Part shown: in pieces, positions 1 to 12,828 of the stretch
Layout of the letters: each line of letters begins with the position of its first letter
Numbering within the stretch: position 1 is the first letter of the stretch
Source of the DNA: Trueperaceae bacterium
Lineage (GTDB): Bacteria; Deinococcota; Deinococci; Deinococcales; Trueperaceae
DNA: 64,000 bases
Assembly (NCBI GenBank): GCA_965214405.1
Contig: OZ243956.1
Span: 2,016,001 to 2,080,000, forward strand
Direction of reading: 5' to 3'
The notes under the pieces: model-generated
What the model was told of the DNA's origin: nothing
The model's database searches: none
Seen by the model: the letters and a program-made list of their open reading frames with translations, nothing else
Made by a program: the position numbers and the translations under genes

Positions 1-1030
1 TAGAGGCGCGGTGCTCGAGCAAGCTCTCCACCCCGCCCAAACTCGTCGCGCGGGTAAAAAGTTGGACTCTCGAGGCCACCCGCATCGCGGCCTCGGCCCC
101 ACCTTTCACGCCGAACGAGAGCATCCCGCCGAAGCCGTGCATCTGCTTTGCGGCGACCTCGTGACCGGGGTGAGAGGCCAAACCGGGGTAGTAGACGCGC
201 TCGACGTTGGGATGCTCACTCAAAAAATGCGCGACCTTAGCCGCGTTGTCGCAGTGACCGCGCATCCGGTAGGGCAGCGTGCGGACGCCGCGCAGCGTGA
301 GCCAGCAGTCGAAGGGCGAGGGCACCGCGCCCTCCATCGTCTGAACGAAACGGACGCGCTCAAAAAACGCGTCGTTCTCCCGCGCCACAACCGCGCCGCC
401 CAACACGTCGCTATGCCCCGCCAAATATTTGGTCGTCGCGTGCATGACGAGGTCGGCCCCCAGCGCAAAAACGGGCTGCAAGCGCGGCGGGGTCCAGGTG
501 TTGTCGCAGGCGACGCGCGCTCCAGCTTCATGCGCGATGTTAGCCACGGCGGCGACGTCGGTAATTTTTAGAAGCGGGTTGGAAGGGGTTTCAATCCAGA
601 CGAGCTTGGTGTTTGGTCTTAGGGCAGCTTTGAGGGCGTCTAGGTTGGACAGGTCTACAAAAGAAAGCTCTAAACCCCACGGCACAAACACCTCTTGCAA
701 AAGTTTGCGAATCCCGTGGTACATGTCGTCAGGGACAATGGCGTGCTCACCCGGCCTCAGCGCGCGAAAAATACTCCCCGCCGCCGCCGACCCCGACGAA
801 AAAGCCGCCGCCGCCGCGCCCTCTTCGAGGAGCGTGAGGCAGCGCTCGAGCGCCTCCCGGTTCGGGTTCGCCGAACGCGTGTACACATAGCTCTGCGGAT
901 AACTCCCGTCGGCGTCACGTTCAAAGGTCGTCGAGAGGTGGATGGGCGGCACCACCGCGCCCGTGGCGGGGTCAACCTCCGCCCCGGCGTGAACGGCGAG
1001 CGTGGCGAACTCAAAGGTTTCCTTTTTCAC
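1..1030 (-). CDS. Cys/Met metabolism PLP-dependent enzyme (cystathionine gamma-synthase/lyase family), 3' end runs off the window
   Basis: Not in the ORF track. Manual minus-strand translation from GTG at 1030 (SD AGGAG): MKKETFEFATLAVHAGAEVDPATGAVVPPIHLSTTFERDADGSYPQSYVYTRSANPNREALERCL, typical MetB/MetC N-terminus. Confidence 0.88.
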   Translation of the reverse strand, partial: MKKETFEFATLAVHAGAEVDPATGAVVPPIHLSTTFERDADGSYPQSYVYTRSANPNREALERCLTLLEEGAAAAAFSSGSAAAGSIFRALRPGEHAIVPDDMYHGIRKLLQEVFVPWGLELSFVDLSNLDALKAALRPNTKLVWIETPSNPLLKITDVAAVANIAHEAGARVACDNTWTPPRLQPVFALGADLVMHATTKYLAGHSDVLGGAVVARENDAFFERVRFVQTMEGAVPSPFDCWLTLRGVRTLPYRMRGHCDNAAKVAHFLSEHPNVERVYYPGLASHPGHEVAAKQMHGFGGMLSFGVKGGAEAAMRVASRVQLFTRATSLGGVESLLEHRAS

Positions 1031-1050
1031 CCTGTCTCCTACACGGTTAC

Positions 1051-1830
1051 TCATGTCAGCCTCACATAAACCCCGTCCGCGGCGAGCGTTTTCTTAACCT
1101 CGCCCACGGTGGTCTGCCCACTGTGAAAGATTCCGGCGGCGAGCGCCGCGTCCGCTTCGCCCTCTTTAAGCACGTCGCGCAGGTGCGCCGCCTCGCCTGC
1201 GCCGCCCGAGGCGACCACGGGGAGGTCTACAGCCCTGGCGACGGCTCGAGTGGCCGCCAAGTCATACCCCGTTTTCATGCCGTCGGCGTCAATGCTATTG
1301 AGCACAATTTCCCCCGCGCCGAGTTCTTGGCCCCGCACCGCCCAGGCGACGAGCTCGAGCCCCGCCCGCTTACGCCCACCCGCCACAAACACGTCCCAGC
1401 CGGAGCCATCTTCGCAGCGTTTGGCGTCAATCGACAGCACCACCGCCTGCGCGCCGTAATGGTCCGAGGCCTCACGGATAAGCTGCGGATGAGCAACCGC
1501 GCCCGAGTTGATGGACACCTTGTCGGCACCCGCCAAAAAGAGCGCGCGAAAGTCGGAAAGCGTCCGCACGCCGCCGCCGACGGTCAAAGGCATAAAGCAA
1601 CGTTCGGCCACCCTTGTGGCGACCTCGAGTATCCCCTTACGCCCCTCCGCGGTGGCCGTAATGTCATAAAACACGAGTTCGTCCGCGCCTTGCGCGTTGT
1701 AGAGCTCGGCCAGCGCGACAGGGTCGCCCACGTCGCGCAGTTCGCCCCGTTCGGCTCGTCCAAATTGCTGCCCGCGGGTGGTGCGACCGTTGTGGACGTC
1801 TAGGCAGGGGATGATCCGTTTGGCTAACAC
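1051..1830 (-). CDS. hisF: Imidazole glycerol phosphate synthase cyclase subunit HisF
   Basis: [48 protein letters not shown] motifs. GTG 1830 chosen as start (TATGCT -10 box 6 nt upstream). Confidence 0.93.
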   Translation of the reverse strand: MLAKRIIPCLDVHNGRTTRGQQFGRAERGELRDVGDPVALAELYNAQGADELVFYDITATAEGRKGILEVATRVAERCFMPLTVGGGVRTLSDFRALFLAGADKVSINSGAVAHPQLIREASDHYGAQAVVLSIDAKRCEDGSGWDVFVAGGRKRAGLELVAWAVRGQELGAGEIVLNSIDADGMKTGYDLAATRAVARAVDLPVVASGGAGEAAHLRDVLKEGEADAALAAGIFHSGQTTVGEVKKTLAADGVYVRLT

Positions 1831-1883
1831 CCAGTCAGCATACAACAGGCGTTTATGGGGACAGACTGACGCTCGTCTTCACG

Positions 1884-2049
1884 CAGGCTTTTATCGTGAG
1901 CATCATCGAGAAAGCTATAGGCGTTTTTACTTTCCCAAAGATGAACGCACCGAGCACCCAGGACTGAGTTCAGAGGGTCTCACCCGGGACTTTCCGCTCG
2001 GCACTCACGTCTCTGAACGCTCCTCAAGAGACGTGATGATAAAAGCCTG
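1884..2049. mobile_element. MITE-like non-autonomous element, copy 1
   Basis: 12-bp terminal inverted repeats CAGGCTTTTATC...GATAAAAGCCTG, flanked by gtcttcacg/ggcttcacg (9-bp target duplication, one mismatch). Homologous copy at 63628-63766. Confidence 0.7.
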
Positions 2050-2123
2050 GGCTTCACGTATGAGACAAGACGTAGGGGCGGTCGCGGTTTCGGCATCTTG
2101 CCCGCAGCTTGTACAAACGTCAT

Positions 2124-3107
2124 TCATCCTGCCGCCTTGCCCTCACGCGTACTCGCTCGTTCAGCCCCGCCCGCCTTTGGGCCGCCGAAGGTCAGTAAGC
2201 CGACGCCCAGCGCAATCAGCGCGCCGCCCACGACCAAGCCCTGCGGCACCGCCTCACCGAGCAGGAGAACGGCGATAGGAACCCCCACGGTTGCGCCCAC
2301 CGAGCCGAGCAGACTCAGGTAGACCGGCCCGCCGCGGTCTTGCAGCCTGAAGAACAGCACATTCTGAACCGAGAACGTGGCTATCTGCGCGAGGATGATG
2401 AGTACGGGCCCCAAGCGGTCCACCGGCACGGCGAGGGAAAAGTCGGGCGGAGCTGCCGGAAAGAGCGCGGCAACGCCTCCCGCAAGAAGCAGAATGATCG
2501 CGCCCGCCGCGAGCATCCCGGGCGCGAGCTGGTCGGCCTCGGCACCTTCCGGCCAGCGGGCCGTCCGGTAGAGGTTACCCACCGCCAGCAGCACCGGTCC
2601 CAGCAGGGTGGCGACGATCCAAAAGGCGTCGGCGTCCGGCGCGGAGAGTTTATACGCGGCCAAGAGGGCAGCCCCGCCCAGCGCAAACGCGACCCCCGCC
2701 GCGCGGCGAACCCCGAAGCTCTCCATGCCGAGCAGCAGCGCGCCCAGGTAGGTAAAGAGGGGCGGGAAAGCGATGGCGAGCGCCACGAAACTCGCCCCGA
2801 CGCGGGGCACGGCGGCGGTAAACAGCAGTTGCGGCGCGGCGACGGTGACAAACCCGGCAATCATAAAGTACGCCAGCGTCCGCGCGTTGAGTTTTAGCAG
2901 CCGCCCACGAAGGATCTCGACAGCGCTCAGGACGAGAGCGGCCCCCACGACCGACCAGGTAAGGAAGGCCAGGGGCTCGAGCCCAGCGTCGGCAGCCAAC
3001 TTAGCCAAGTTGGTCGAGACGCCCAGCAGCGCGCCGGTAACGAGCAAAAGTAAGAACGGGACGAGCCAAGTGTGACCCCCCTGCGGATCGACATTCCAGG
3101 TTTTCAT
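2124..3107 (-). CDS. DMT/EamA family transporter (PecM-like)
   Basis: 327 aa, about 10 hydrophobic segments in two repeats, divergent from a MarR gene. Confidence 0.85.
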   Translation of the reverse strand: MKTWNVDPQGGHTWLVPFLLLLVTGALLGVSTNLAKLAADAGLEPLAFLTWSVVGAALVLSAVEILRGRLLKLNARTLAYFMIAGFVTVAAPQLLFTAAVPRVGASFVALAIAFPPLFTYLGALLLGMESFGVRRAAGVAFALGGAALLAAYKLSAPDADAFWIVATLLGPVLLAVGNLYRTARWPEGAEADQLAPGMLAAGAIILLLAGGVAALFPAAPPDFSLAVPVDRLGPVLIILAQIATFSVQNVLFFRLQDRGGPVYLSLLGSVGATVGVPIAVLLLGEAVPQGLVVGGALIALGVGLLTFGGPKAGGAERASTREGKAAG

Positions 3108-3139
3108 GCTTTTCTCCTTTTACCCAAAGCCAAATAAAG

Positions 3140-3178
3140 CTTTATGTAAAGATACTTTATATAAACCTTTATGTCAAG
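3140..3178. promoter_or_regulatory. Three tandem MarR-type operator sites
   Basis: CTTTATGTAAAG (3140), CTTTATATAAAC (3155) and CTTTATGTCAAG (3167), near-palindromes between the divergent genes. Confidence 0.65.
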
Positions 3179-3206
3179 TTTTTCTTGTTCAGGATAAACT
3201 GGAAGC

Positions 3207-3698
3207 ATGGCGAATGACCGTGTAGAAACGATCCTCGAGCAGTGGCAAAGAGAGCGACCCGACCTAGACGCGTCGCCGATGGGTATTTTCGGACGGCTGT
3301 TGCGGCTGAACAAGTACGCGCAGGGGCGGCTGGAGATTAACTTCAAACGTTACGGCTTGCTGGGCGGCACCTTTGACCTGCTCGCCACGCTGCGCCGCAA
3401 CGGCGAACCCTTCTCCCTCAACCCCACGCAACTGCAGAACGAGATGATGCTGACGTCGGGCGCGACGACGCACCGCATCGATTGGCTCGAGAAACGGGGC
3501 CTGATTGAGCGCCTGCCCGACCCCGACGACCGGCGCGGCACGCTCGTCCGGCTCACCGGAGAGGGTAAAAGGTTGATTGACGAAGCCGTCGTAGCCCACG
3601 TGGAGCTGGAAAGCGAACTCCTGAGCCATCTAACGCAAGAACAGAGGCGCGAGCTCGCCGAGTTGCTGGGCGCTTTAGCAGAGGGGATGGGGCTCTGA
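3207..3698 (+). CDS. MarR family regulator, PecS/UrtR-like
   Basis: N-terminal DRVETILEQWQRERPDLD, LLATLRRNG, and the DPDDRRG wing motif. Confidence 0.9.
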   Translation: MANDRVETILEQWQRERPDLDASPMGIFGRLLRLNKYAQGRLEINFKRYGLLGGTFDLLATLRRNGEPFSLNPTQLQNEMMLTSGATTHRIDWLEKRGLIERLPDPDDRRGTLVRLTGEGKRLIDEAVVAHVELESELLSHLTQEQRRELAELLGALAEGMGL

Positions 3699-3770
3699 AC
3701 GAAATTCGGTTGGGCGCGGTGGCCGTGGCGAGGGTCTGACGGCGGCGCAACCGTTTTTAGGACCCGCGGC

Positions 3771-5072
3771 TTAGTACAAAATAGCGAGCTCTAAGGTGGC
3801 CGGTCCGCTCGTATACACCGTGTCTGTGGCGACCAAGCCGATCACAACCGGACCCGAAAGCCGCGAGAGAAGGGCGCTAAAGGTTTCTTCGGAGGTCGTG
3901 AGTTCGGGGCGTCCGCCCTCGAAAAGCCCCAGGCGCTGCAAGGTCGTCGTCGCGTCGCCGTAAAGACCCGAGAGCGCGCCCAGCAGGTCCGTCTGGCTGA
4001 TGGGCCGCTCTACCGAGCCCAGGTGAATCTGGCGACTGGCGACGAGTTGCCCTTTCTCCAAAAGCTTTTGGTTCTCGACCGCGGTGACTTCGACCCGGAT
4101 TTCGCCGCCGAACTGGCTCGAGGGTGAAGACAGCACCACGAGGTCCGGCCCCGGCGTTTGCGCGACCGCCCCGATAAGCCCGTTGACCTGGTCGCTACTT
4201 AGCGTCACCGCGCCCGCGCCGCGCCTAAAGGTGGCGCTGTTGGCCTCTTGTACAAGGCTGGCGAGCGCGCCCCGCACCGCGGCGGGTTCAGACGCTTCAA
4301 CAACGCCGCTATAGACGATCTCCCCGCGCTGATAGACGGGCGCGGCACCTCCGCTAGCTCCCTGCTGCGCCTCGCTCACCCGCTGCGCCTGCGTTTCGAC
4401 CTGCGCTTGGAGGTCTGCCACTTGTCCTTCTAGGCCCCTGACCTGGTCGTTGAGCGCGGCCATGTTGCCCGTCAGTTCCTCGTTACTGCCGCTCAAGAGT
4501 TCGGAGTCTTTTTGTAAGCGGCTGTTCTCCCCTACCAGCGCAGTGTTTTCGGCCTCGAGCATCCCGTTGCGCTCGCGCAACCTTTGCGCCTGGGCCTGAA
4601 GGTCTTTAACCTCCGTGGTGAGTTCTTCGGTCGTCTCGGTGAGATTGATCGCCGCCTCCAAGGCCTCGTCCCGGCCCGCCTCGGCCTCCTCTAGCGCGGC
4701 GTCCGCGCGCTCCAACTCAGCGCGCGCCGCCGCCAATTCTTCGCTTCCCGCCGCCAACTGCGCCCGAAGGGTGGAGAGGTCGCTCTGCAAAACGAGCCTT
4801 TCGCTGCGGAGCCCCTCCAACTCCAAAGACGTTCGCTGCGCCTGCAAAAGGACCGCCGCCGCGCCGCGAAACGCCACCGCCAAGGTGCTCAGCGTCGTGA
4901 GCATAATCAAAATACCCGCCGCGACGCCCACCACCTGCCCCGTGCGCCGGGGCCGCCAGCCGAACAAGCTCAGCCGCCGTTTGCCGACGGTCGTCCCCAA
5001 CACGTCCCCCGCGTAAGCAATCACGCCCGCGAGGACAATGAGAAGAGACACCAGCGAAACTACGTACAGCAC
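3771..5072 (-). CDS. DUF3084-like membrane-anchored coiled-coil protein
   Basis: N-terminal GVIAYAGDVLGTTVGKRRLSLFGWRPRRT with two TM helices, then a long coiled coil; downstream of lptB. Confidence 0.8.
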   Translation of the reverse strand: MLYVVSLVSLLIVLAGVIAYAGDVLGTTVGKRRLSLFGWRPRRTGQVVGVAAGILIMLTTLSTLAVAFRGAAAVLLQAQRTSLELEGLRSERLVLQSDLSTLRAQLAAGSEELAAARAELERADAALEEAEAGRDEALEAAINLTETTEELTTEVKDLQAQAQRLRERNGMLEAENTALVGENSRLQKDSELLSGSNEELTGNMAALNDQVRGLEGQVADLQAQVETQAQRVSEAQQGASGGAAPVYQRGEIVYSGVVEASEPAAVRGALASLVQEANSATFRRGAGAVTLSSDQVNGLIGAVAQTPGPDLVVLSSPSSQFGGEIRVEVTAVENQKLLEKGQLVASRQIHLGSVERPISQTDLLGALSGLYGDATTTLQRLGLFEGGRPELTTSEETFSALLSRLSGPVVIGLVATDTVYTSGPATLELAILY

Positions 5073-5206
5073 AGCCTAAAAGACCCTCCGCGCGGACCGC
5101 CCGCCGACGCATCCACCCCTAGTGTGCCACCCCGACATAAACGCCTATGTTAACGCCAGCTTCAACGTTAACACCGCTACCGACATGAGCGCCAACATGA
5201 GCAGCC

Positions 5207-5989
5207 TCAAAGCTGAAAGTCGCTCCCCAAATAATAAGCCCGCACGTTCTCGTCCTCCGCAAACTCCTGCGGCGACCCCTCAAAACTCACCCTGCCGTCG
5301 AACATCAGGTAGACCCGGTCGGCGATGGCGAGCGTTTCGCGCACGCTGTGGTCGGTCAGCAGCACGCCCAGCCCGCGCCGCTCGCGCAGCTCGGCAATCA
5401 GAAGTTGGATTTCGCGGATGGACTTGGGATCCACGCCGGTAAAGGGTTCGTCGAGCAAAATAAACGCCGGGTCGATGGTGAGGCTCCGGGCGATTTCTAA
5501 GCGACGGCGCTCGCCCCCCGAAAGCGTGTCCGCGCGGCTCTTCGCCAGCCCCGTGAGGCCAAACTCGGCTAAAAGTTCGTCCGCGCGCGTTTCGCGCTCC
5601 TCTTGGTTGGGGGTGTGGAACTCGAGCACTGCCAAGAGATTGTCCCGCACGCTCATCTTGCGAAAGGCCGAGGGCTCTTGCGGCAAATACCCCAGCCCCC
5701 GCCGCGCCCGCTTGTACATGGGCCAGCGGGTGATGTTGTCGTCACCCAGATAAATGCGCCCGGCGTTGGGCTTGACAAAACCCACCATCATGTAAAAGCT
5801 CGTCGTCTTGCCCGCGCCGTTGTGGCCCAAGAGCGCGACGATCTCGCCGGGCTCGAGCCGAAAGTCCACCCCGTCCACCACCGTGCGCCCCCCGTAACGT
5901 TTCTTGAGCCCTTCCGCGCGGAGGCTCGAGGTTTTCTCCGGAGGCGTGGGCTGGGACGTGGGCGGCGGCGCGTCGGTAACGAGTGACAT
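5207..5989 (-). CDS. lptB: LPS export ABC transporter ATP-binding protein LptB
   Basis: GHNGAGKTT Walker [51 protein letters not shown]. Start could be 5989 or 6007. Confidence 0.9.
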   Translation of the reverse strand: MSLVTDAPPPTSQPTPPEKTSSLRAEGLKKRYGGRTVVDGVDFRLEPGEIVALLGHNGAGKTTSFYMMVGFVKPNAGRIYLGDDNITRWPMYKRARRGLGYLPQEPSAFRKMSVRDNLLAVLEFHTPNQEERETRADELLAEFGLTGLAKSRADTLSGGERRRLEIARSLTIDPAFILLDEPFTGVDPKSIREIQLLIAELRERRGLGVLLTDHSVRETLAIADRVYLMFDGRVSFEGSPQEFAEDENVRAYYLGSDFQL

Positions 5990-6171
5990 ATAAAAGGACT
6001 TTATCACGCGAGGGGTGAGAAGGTTTTGCGCAACCTCACGCGGGGCGGTGGCGCGGCTATGGCTGTGTGGGAGGCTCGAGCCTTTGTAGACAAATTCAAG
6101 AGTAAGGAGAAAAGGGTCGAGGTAAATGTCACTTTCACCCCAACCCTTCTCTCCCTAACCCCCTACGCTTC

Positions 6172-7641
6172 TTAGCCCAGCGCCATCAAGAACGGGTCCT
6201 CGATGGCCGCGCAAATCCACCGCAAAAACCGCGCCGCCGCCGCGCCGTCGATCAAACGGTGGTCGTAGGTGACCGACAGCGGCATCATCATCCGGGGGTC
6301 GAACGCGCCCGTCTCGCGGTTGTAAACGGGCTCAAACGCGCCGCGCGACACGCCCAGAATCGCCACGTTGGGCGGGTTGACGATGGGCGTAAAGCCCGTC
6401 CCGCCGATGCCGCCCAAGTTCGAGACGCTAAAGTTGCCGCCCTGCATGTCCTCGGGTCCGAGCTTGCGTGCGCGAGCCTTTTCGGCTAAATCGCCGAGTT
6501 CCTTGGAAAGCTCGATAATCCCCTTTTGGTCCGCGTTCTTGATGACCGGGACGAGGAGCCCGCGCTCGGTATCGACCGCCACGCCGACGTTGACGTACTT
6601 TTTGTAGACGATTTCGCTACTCTGCGTGTCGATAGACGCGTTGAAGTCCGGAAACTGGCGGAGCGCGCCCGCGACCACCTTGATAATCATTGCGGTGGGC
6701 GTGAGTTTGGCACCGACCGCCTCGGCCCTTGGCGCGTACTTTTTGCGCAACGCGTCGAACTCAGTCGTGTCCGCCTTGTCAAACTGCGTAACCATCGGCA
6801 CCGTGGCCCAGGCTTGGGTCATCGAGCGGACCGTGGCCTTGCGGATGCCGCTCATCGGCTCGCGGGTGGTCTCGCCCCACTTGCTGAAGTCGGGCAGGGA
6901 CACGGCGGGAGCCTGGGGTGCGGGCGTCTGAGCAGGTTTTTGGGAGGCAGGCGCGGGAGCCTCCGCGGGTGCGCCGCCCTCGGCGTAACGCATCACGTCC
7001 TCCGCCGAGATGCGGCCCAGGGCTCCGGTTCCCTGAATTTGGCTCAGATCCACGCCCTTCTCGCGGGCCAAGCGGCGCACGGAGGGCGCGGCGGGGACGA
7101 GTTTGCCCGTGTTGCCTTCGTAAGAACCGGGGGCCTCCTGCGCTTTTTCGGCGGTTTTCGCGTTGGCGGCCTCGTCGGTTTCTTTCTCAATCTCTTCCTC
7201 TTCCTCCTCGAGCTCTTCCTCGGCCTTCACCTCCGCGTCGGCAGCCTGGTTGCGCGCCTCGTCAGCCTCTTCGGAGGTTTCGGCGGAGAGGTCTTCGGCC
7301 ACTTCCTCAACCTCTCCCCCAGCCTCTCCCGCAGAAGCTGCTGTTTCTTCGCTCGCTTCTCCGCCCGTTTCTTCTGTCTTTTCTTCAGAAGCCGCGTCCG
7401 CCCCCTCATCCCCTACTGTGAGAATGACCTGGCCGACCTTGGCCTCCTCGTTTTCTTTTACGTTGATGGCCTCCACCACGCCCGCCACCGACGAAGGCAC
7501 CTCGACCACCGCCTTGTCGGTTTCTAATTCCAGCACCGGCTGGTCTTTTTCGACGGTGTCCCCCACCGCCACGAGAATGCCCACGACCGTCCCCGACTCG
7601 ATGCCCTCGCCCACCTCGGGCAGCTTGAATTCCGTTGGCAC
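6172..7641 (-). CDS. aceF: Pyruvate dehydrogenase E2 (dihydrolipoamide acetyltransferase), one lipoyl domain
   Basis: ETDKA lipoyl motif, acidic linker, PSVRRLARE E3-binding domain, DHRLIDGA catalytic motif. Confidence 0.93.
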   Translation of the reverse strand: MPTEFKLPEVGEGIESGTVVGILVAVGDTVEKDQPVLELETDKAVVEVPSSVAGVVEAINVKENEEAKVGQVILTVGDEGADAASEEKTEETGGEASEETAASAGEAGGEVEEVAEDLSAETSEEADEARNQAADAEVKAEEELEEEEEEIEKETDEAANAKTAEKAQEAPGSYEGNTGKLVPAAPSVRRLAREKGVDLSQIQGTGALGRISAEDVMRYAEGGAPAEAPAPASQKPAQTPAPQAPAVSLPDFSKWGETTREPMSGIRKATVRSMTQAWATVPMVTQFDKADTTEFDALRKKYAPRAEAVGAKLTPTAMIIKVVAGALRQFPDFNASIDTQSSEIVYKKYVNVGVAVDTERGLLVPVIKNADQKGIIELSKELGDLAEKARARKLGPEDMQGGNFSVSNLGGIGGTGFTPIVNPPNVAILGVSRGAFEPVYNRETGAFDPRMMMPLSVTYDHRLIDGAAAARFLRWICAAIEDPFLMALG

Positions 7642-7717
7642 AGATAACGTCCTTTCATTCTTAGCTTGTTTAAGAAAGAGAGGGAAGCTGGCTACGCTTC
7701 CCTCTCGCCTTCACCGT

Positions 7718-10438
<2,721 letters not shown>

Positions 10439-10612
10439 GAATGCTCCTTCCAGTCTGCCCGCCTGTTCCCTTGGTCCGCTCGCGTGCTTGCGCTTATATA
10501 AAAGTCGGCTTAGGAAACTCCTCTGTTGTTCTCATCCTACTACCGACGCCCCACCCCGCGCCAAGCCCAGCTTGCAATCGTGAACGTGATTGTGTGAGCT
10601 AGACTTGGAGTC

Positions 10613-11032
10613 ATGCTCCTTCTCCACCTCGCCGCGACGCTCTTTATGACCGGCCTCATCTGGTTCGTGCAGGTGGTCCACTACCCGCTCTTCGCAGGCG
10701 TACCCGGCGAGGCGTTTGTACCCTACGCCGCGCGGCATCAACGGCTCACGGGCTTTGTGGTGGGGCCGGTGATGGGGCTCGAGCTCGCCACCGCCGTGGG
10801 GCTTTTCTGGTCACATGATATTCCGCGCCTCGAGCTGTGGGTGAGCCTGGGGCTTCTCGGGATTATCTGGCTTTCAACCGCGCTTGTACAGGTGCCGCGG
10901 CATTCACGGTTAGGCCGAGGCTACGACGCCAAAGTAATTGGCGAGCTTGTCAACAGCAACTGGGTACGCACCGCCGCCTGGACGCTGCGCGCCGGGCTGG
11001 TGCTGCTGTGGGCGGGGAGGCTGATGAATTGA
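10613..11032 (+). CDS. Conserved small membrane protein (4 TM)
   Basis: GLIWFVQVVHYP and NWVRT motifs, hydrophobic; TAGACT -10 box 7 nt upstream. Confidence 0.75.
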   Translation: MLLLHLAATLFMTGLIWFVQVVHYPLFAGVPGEAFVPYAARHQRLTGFVVGPVMGLELATAVGLFWSHDIPRLELWVSLGLLGIIWLSTALVQVPRHSRLGRGYDAKVIGELVNSNWVRTAAWTLRAGLVLLWAGRLMN

Positions 11033-11158
11033 GATAGGGGGCGGGGGAGATGGGGGGATAGGGAGCAGGACCAGAAACCCTTGCTCCCCACCTCCTCTAC
11101 TCCCTTTATGCCCTTTGGATACTCCCCATTTGACCCGGATGGCCTAACCCGGACTCAA

Positions 11159-12322
11159 TTAAACCTGTTGGTGAGACGCCCGCAGCGGCACCCTGACGCT
11201 CACAGTGGTGCCCGCGTCGGGCTTTGACAACACGGTGAGGGTGCCGCCCACCATCGTCACCTGCTCCTCGAGGCCGATAAGGCCGAAGTGATTCTTTTGG
11301 GCGAACTCCCCCAACCGCTCGGGCACCGTGAAGCCGCGCCCGTCGTCTTGGACGGCCAGCTCGAGCGCGCCCGGCTCTCCCGCCTGGACGCACAGGCGCA
11401 GCATGACGGTGTCCGCTCCCGCGTGCCTAAGCGCGTTGCGCAAAGCTTCTTGCGCGGCGCGGAAAAGGCAGAGCGAGACCATTGGCGGCAAGTCCAGCCC
11501 GTCGGTTTCGACGTCGCTCGAGATGACGGGCTTGGCCCCCCGCCCGTCACCGAGCGAGGCGACGTAGTTTTCCAGCGTCACGCTGAGGCCGAACTCGTCC
11601 AGACCCGCGGGGCGCAAGCCGCGGATAAGGCCGCGGAGGCCGCTCACGATGTCCAGGACCGTGTCGCGCTGACCCTCCAACATCTCTTTGAGCACGCCGT
11701 CTACGCCCTGCCTGGCCGCCTGCTTCTGGATTTCGACCAAGCCGTAGGAGATGCCCAAGAGCCCCTGCACCGCGTGGTCGTGGAGTTCCCTGGCGAAATG
11801 GCGGCGCTCCTCCTCGCGGACCTCGACCAAGCGGAGGCGCGCCTTGGAGAGTTCGGCGGTGCGCGCCGTAACGCGGGCCTCGAGCTCGTCATAAGCCCTG
11901 CGCAGCGCCTCCTCGGCGGCGCGGCGGGCGCGGCGCATCTCGACCTCGCGCAGCGCGCGGCTCACGGCGGGCGCGAGGCGGCCCAAATTACCCTTGTTTA
12001 CATAATCGACCGCGCCGCTCCGCATTAGGGACACCGCCGCCTCCTCGCCGATGGTCCCCGACACGACGATGCAGGGCGCGTCCAGCGAGCGCTCATTCAG
12101 GAGCCTGACCACGTCCAGCGCGTCGAGAGACGGCATGGCGTGGTCGCTCAGAATCACGTCCCAGGGCTCGGCGAGCGCGTCCAGCAACGCCTCGCCCGTG
12201 TCCACGCGTTTGGTCACGGGCGCGAAACCGCCGCGGCGGAGCTCGAGCGCTATTAAAGCGGCGTCGTCCGCCGAGTCTTCGATGAGGAGCGCGCGTAGGG
12301 GTGTCAAACCCGCGCGTGCCAC
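11159..12322 (-). CDS. Hybrid receiver-domain histidine kinase (HisKA_3 type)
   Basis: N-terminal REC (LLIEDS..DD, ILSDH), ARELHD H-box, QEALRNALRHA, DDGRGF, FGLIGL. Confidence 0.88.
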   Translation of the reverse strand: MARAGLTPLRALLIEDSADDAALIALELRRGGFAPVTKRVDTGEALLDALAEPWDVILSDHAMPSLDALDVVRLLNERSLDAPCIVVSGTIGEEAAVSLMRSGAVDYVNKGNLGRLAPAVSRALREVEMRRARRAAEEALRRAYDELEARVTARTAELSKARLRLVEVREEERRHFARELHDHAVQGLLGISYGLVEIQKQAARQGVDGVLKEMLEGQRDTVLDIVSGLRGLIRGLRPAGLDEFGLSVTLENYVASLGDGRGAKPVISSDVETDGLDLPPMVSLCLFRAAQEALRNALRHAGADTVMLRLCVQAGEPGALELAVQDDGRGFTVPERLGEFAQKNHFGLIGLEEQVTMVGGTLTVLSKPDAGTTVSVRVPLRASHQQV

Positions 12323-12756
12323 GGCGTTTCGTTGAGCATGAGCCAGTAGACGCCCAATTGCCTCACGGCCTCTGTAAAAGCGGCGAAGTCCACGGGTTTT
12401 TGCACGTACGAGTTGGCCCCGTTGGCGTAGCTCTCGGCCACGTCGCGCTCTTCGCGCGAGGTCGTCAGCATCACCACGGGCAGGAGTTTGGTGCGCGCGT
12501 CCTGTCTAAGTTGCTTGAGCACCTCTAAGCCGCTCAACTTGGGCAGGTTGACGTCCAAAAGCACAAGTTGGGGCACCTCCTCGGGGTTTCGACTTTTGTA
12601 GGAACCGCGCGCGAACAAGTAGTCCAGAGCCTCAGCGCCGTCTTTCACGACCACGACCTCGCTAATCAGCTTGTGCTGACGAAGCGCGCGCAAAGTCAGG
12701 TCGATATCGTCCTGGTTGTCTTCGACCAGCAGGATATGGGTACCCTCTCGAGTCAT
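12304..12756 (-). CDS. Single-domain response regulator (Rcp-like)
   Basis: ILLVEDNQDD, LLDVNLPK, LTTS, GANSYVQKP. Confidence 0.92.
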   Translation of the reverse strand: MTREGTHILLVEDNQDDIDLTLRALRQHKLISEVVVVKDGAEALDYLFARGSYKSRNPEEVPQLVLLDVNLPKLSGLEVLKQLRQDARTKLLPVVMLTTSREERDVAESYANGANSYVQKPVDFAAFTEAVRQLGVYWLMLNETPWHARV

Positions 12757-12828
12757 CCGTCTTTACTCCTCCTTAGGTTGGGCGAGGTTTGGCCCGCGTA
12801 TCAAATCCGGCGGCCAAAACCCGCGTGG

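Noticed and set aside
11..1069. Plus-strand ORFs 11-571, 429-890, 695-1069 and similar long antisense ORFs elsewhere (e.g. 15736-17052, 28653-29639)
   Set aside because: Shadow frames of well-supported opposite-strand genes in GC-rich DNA.
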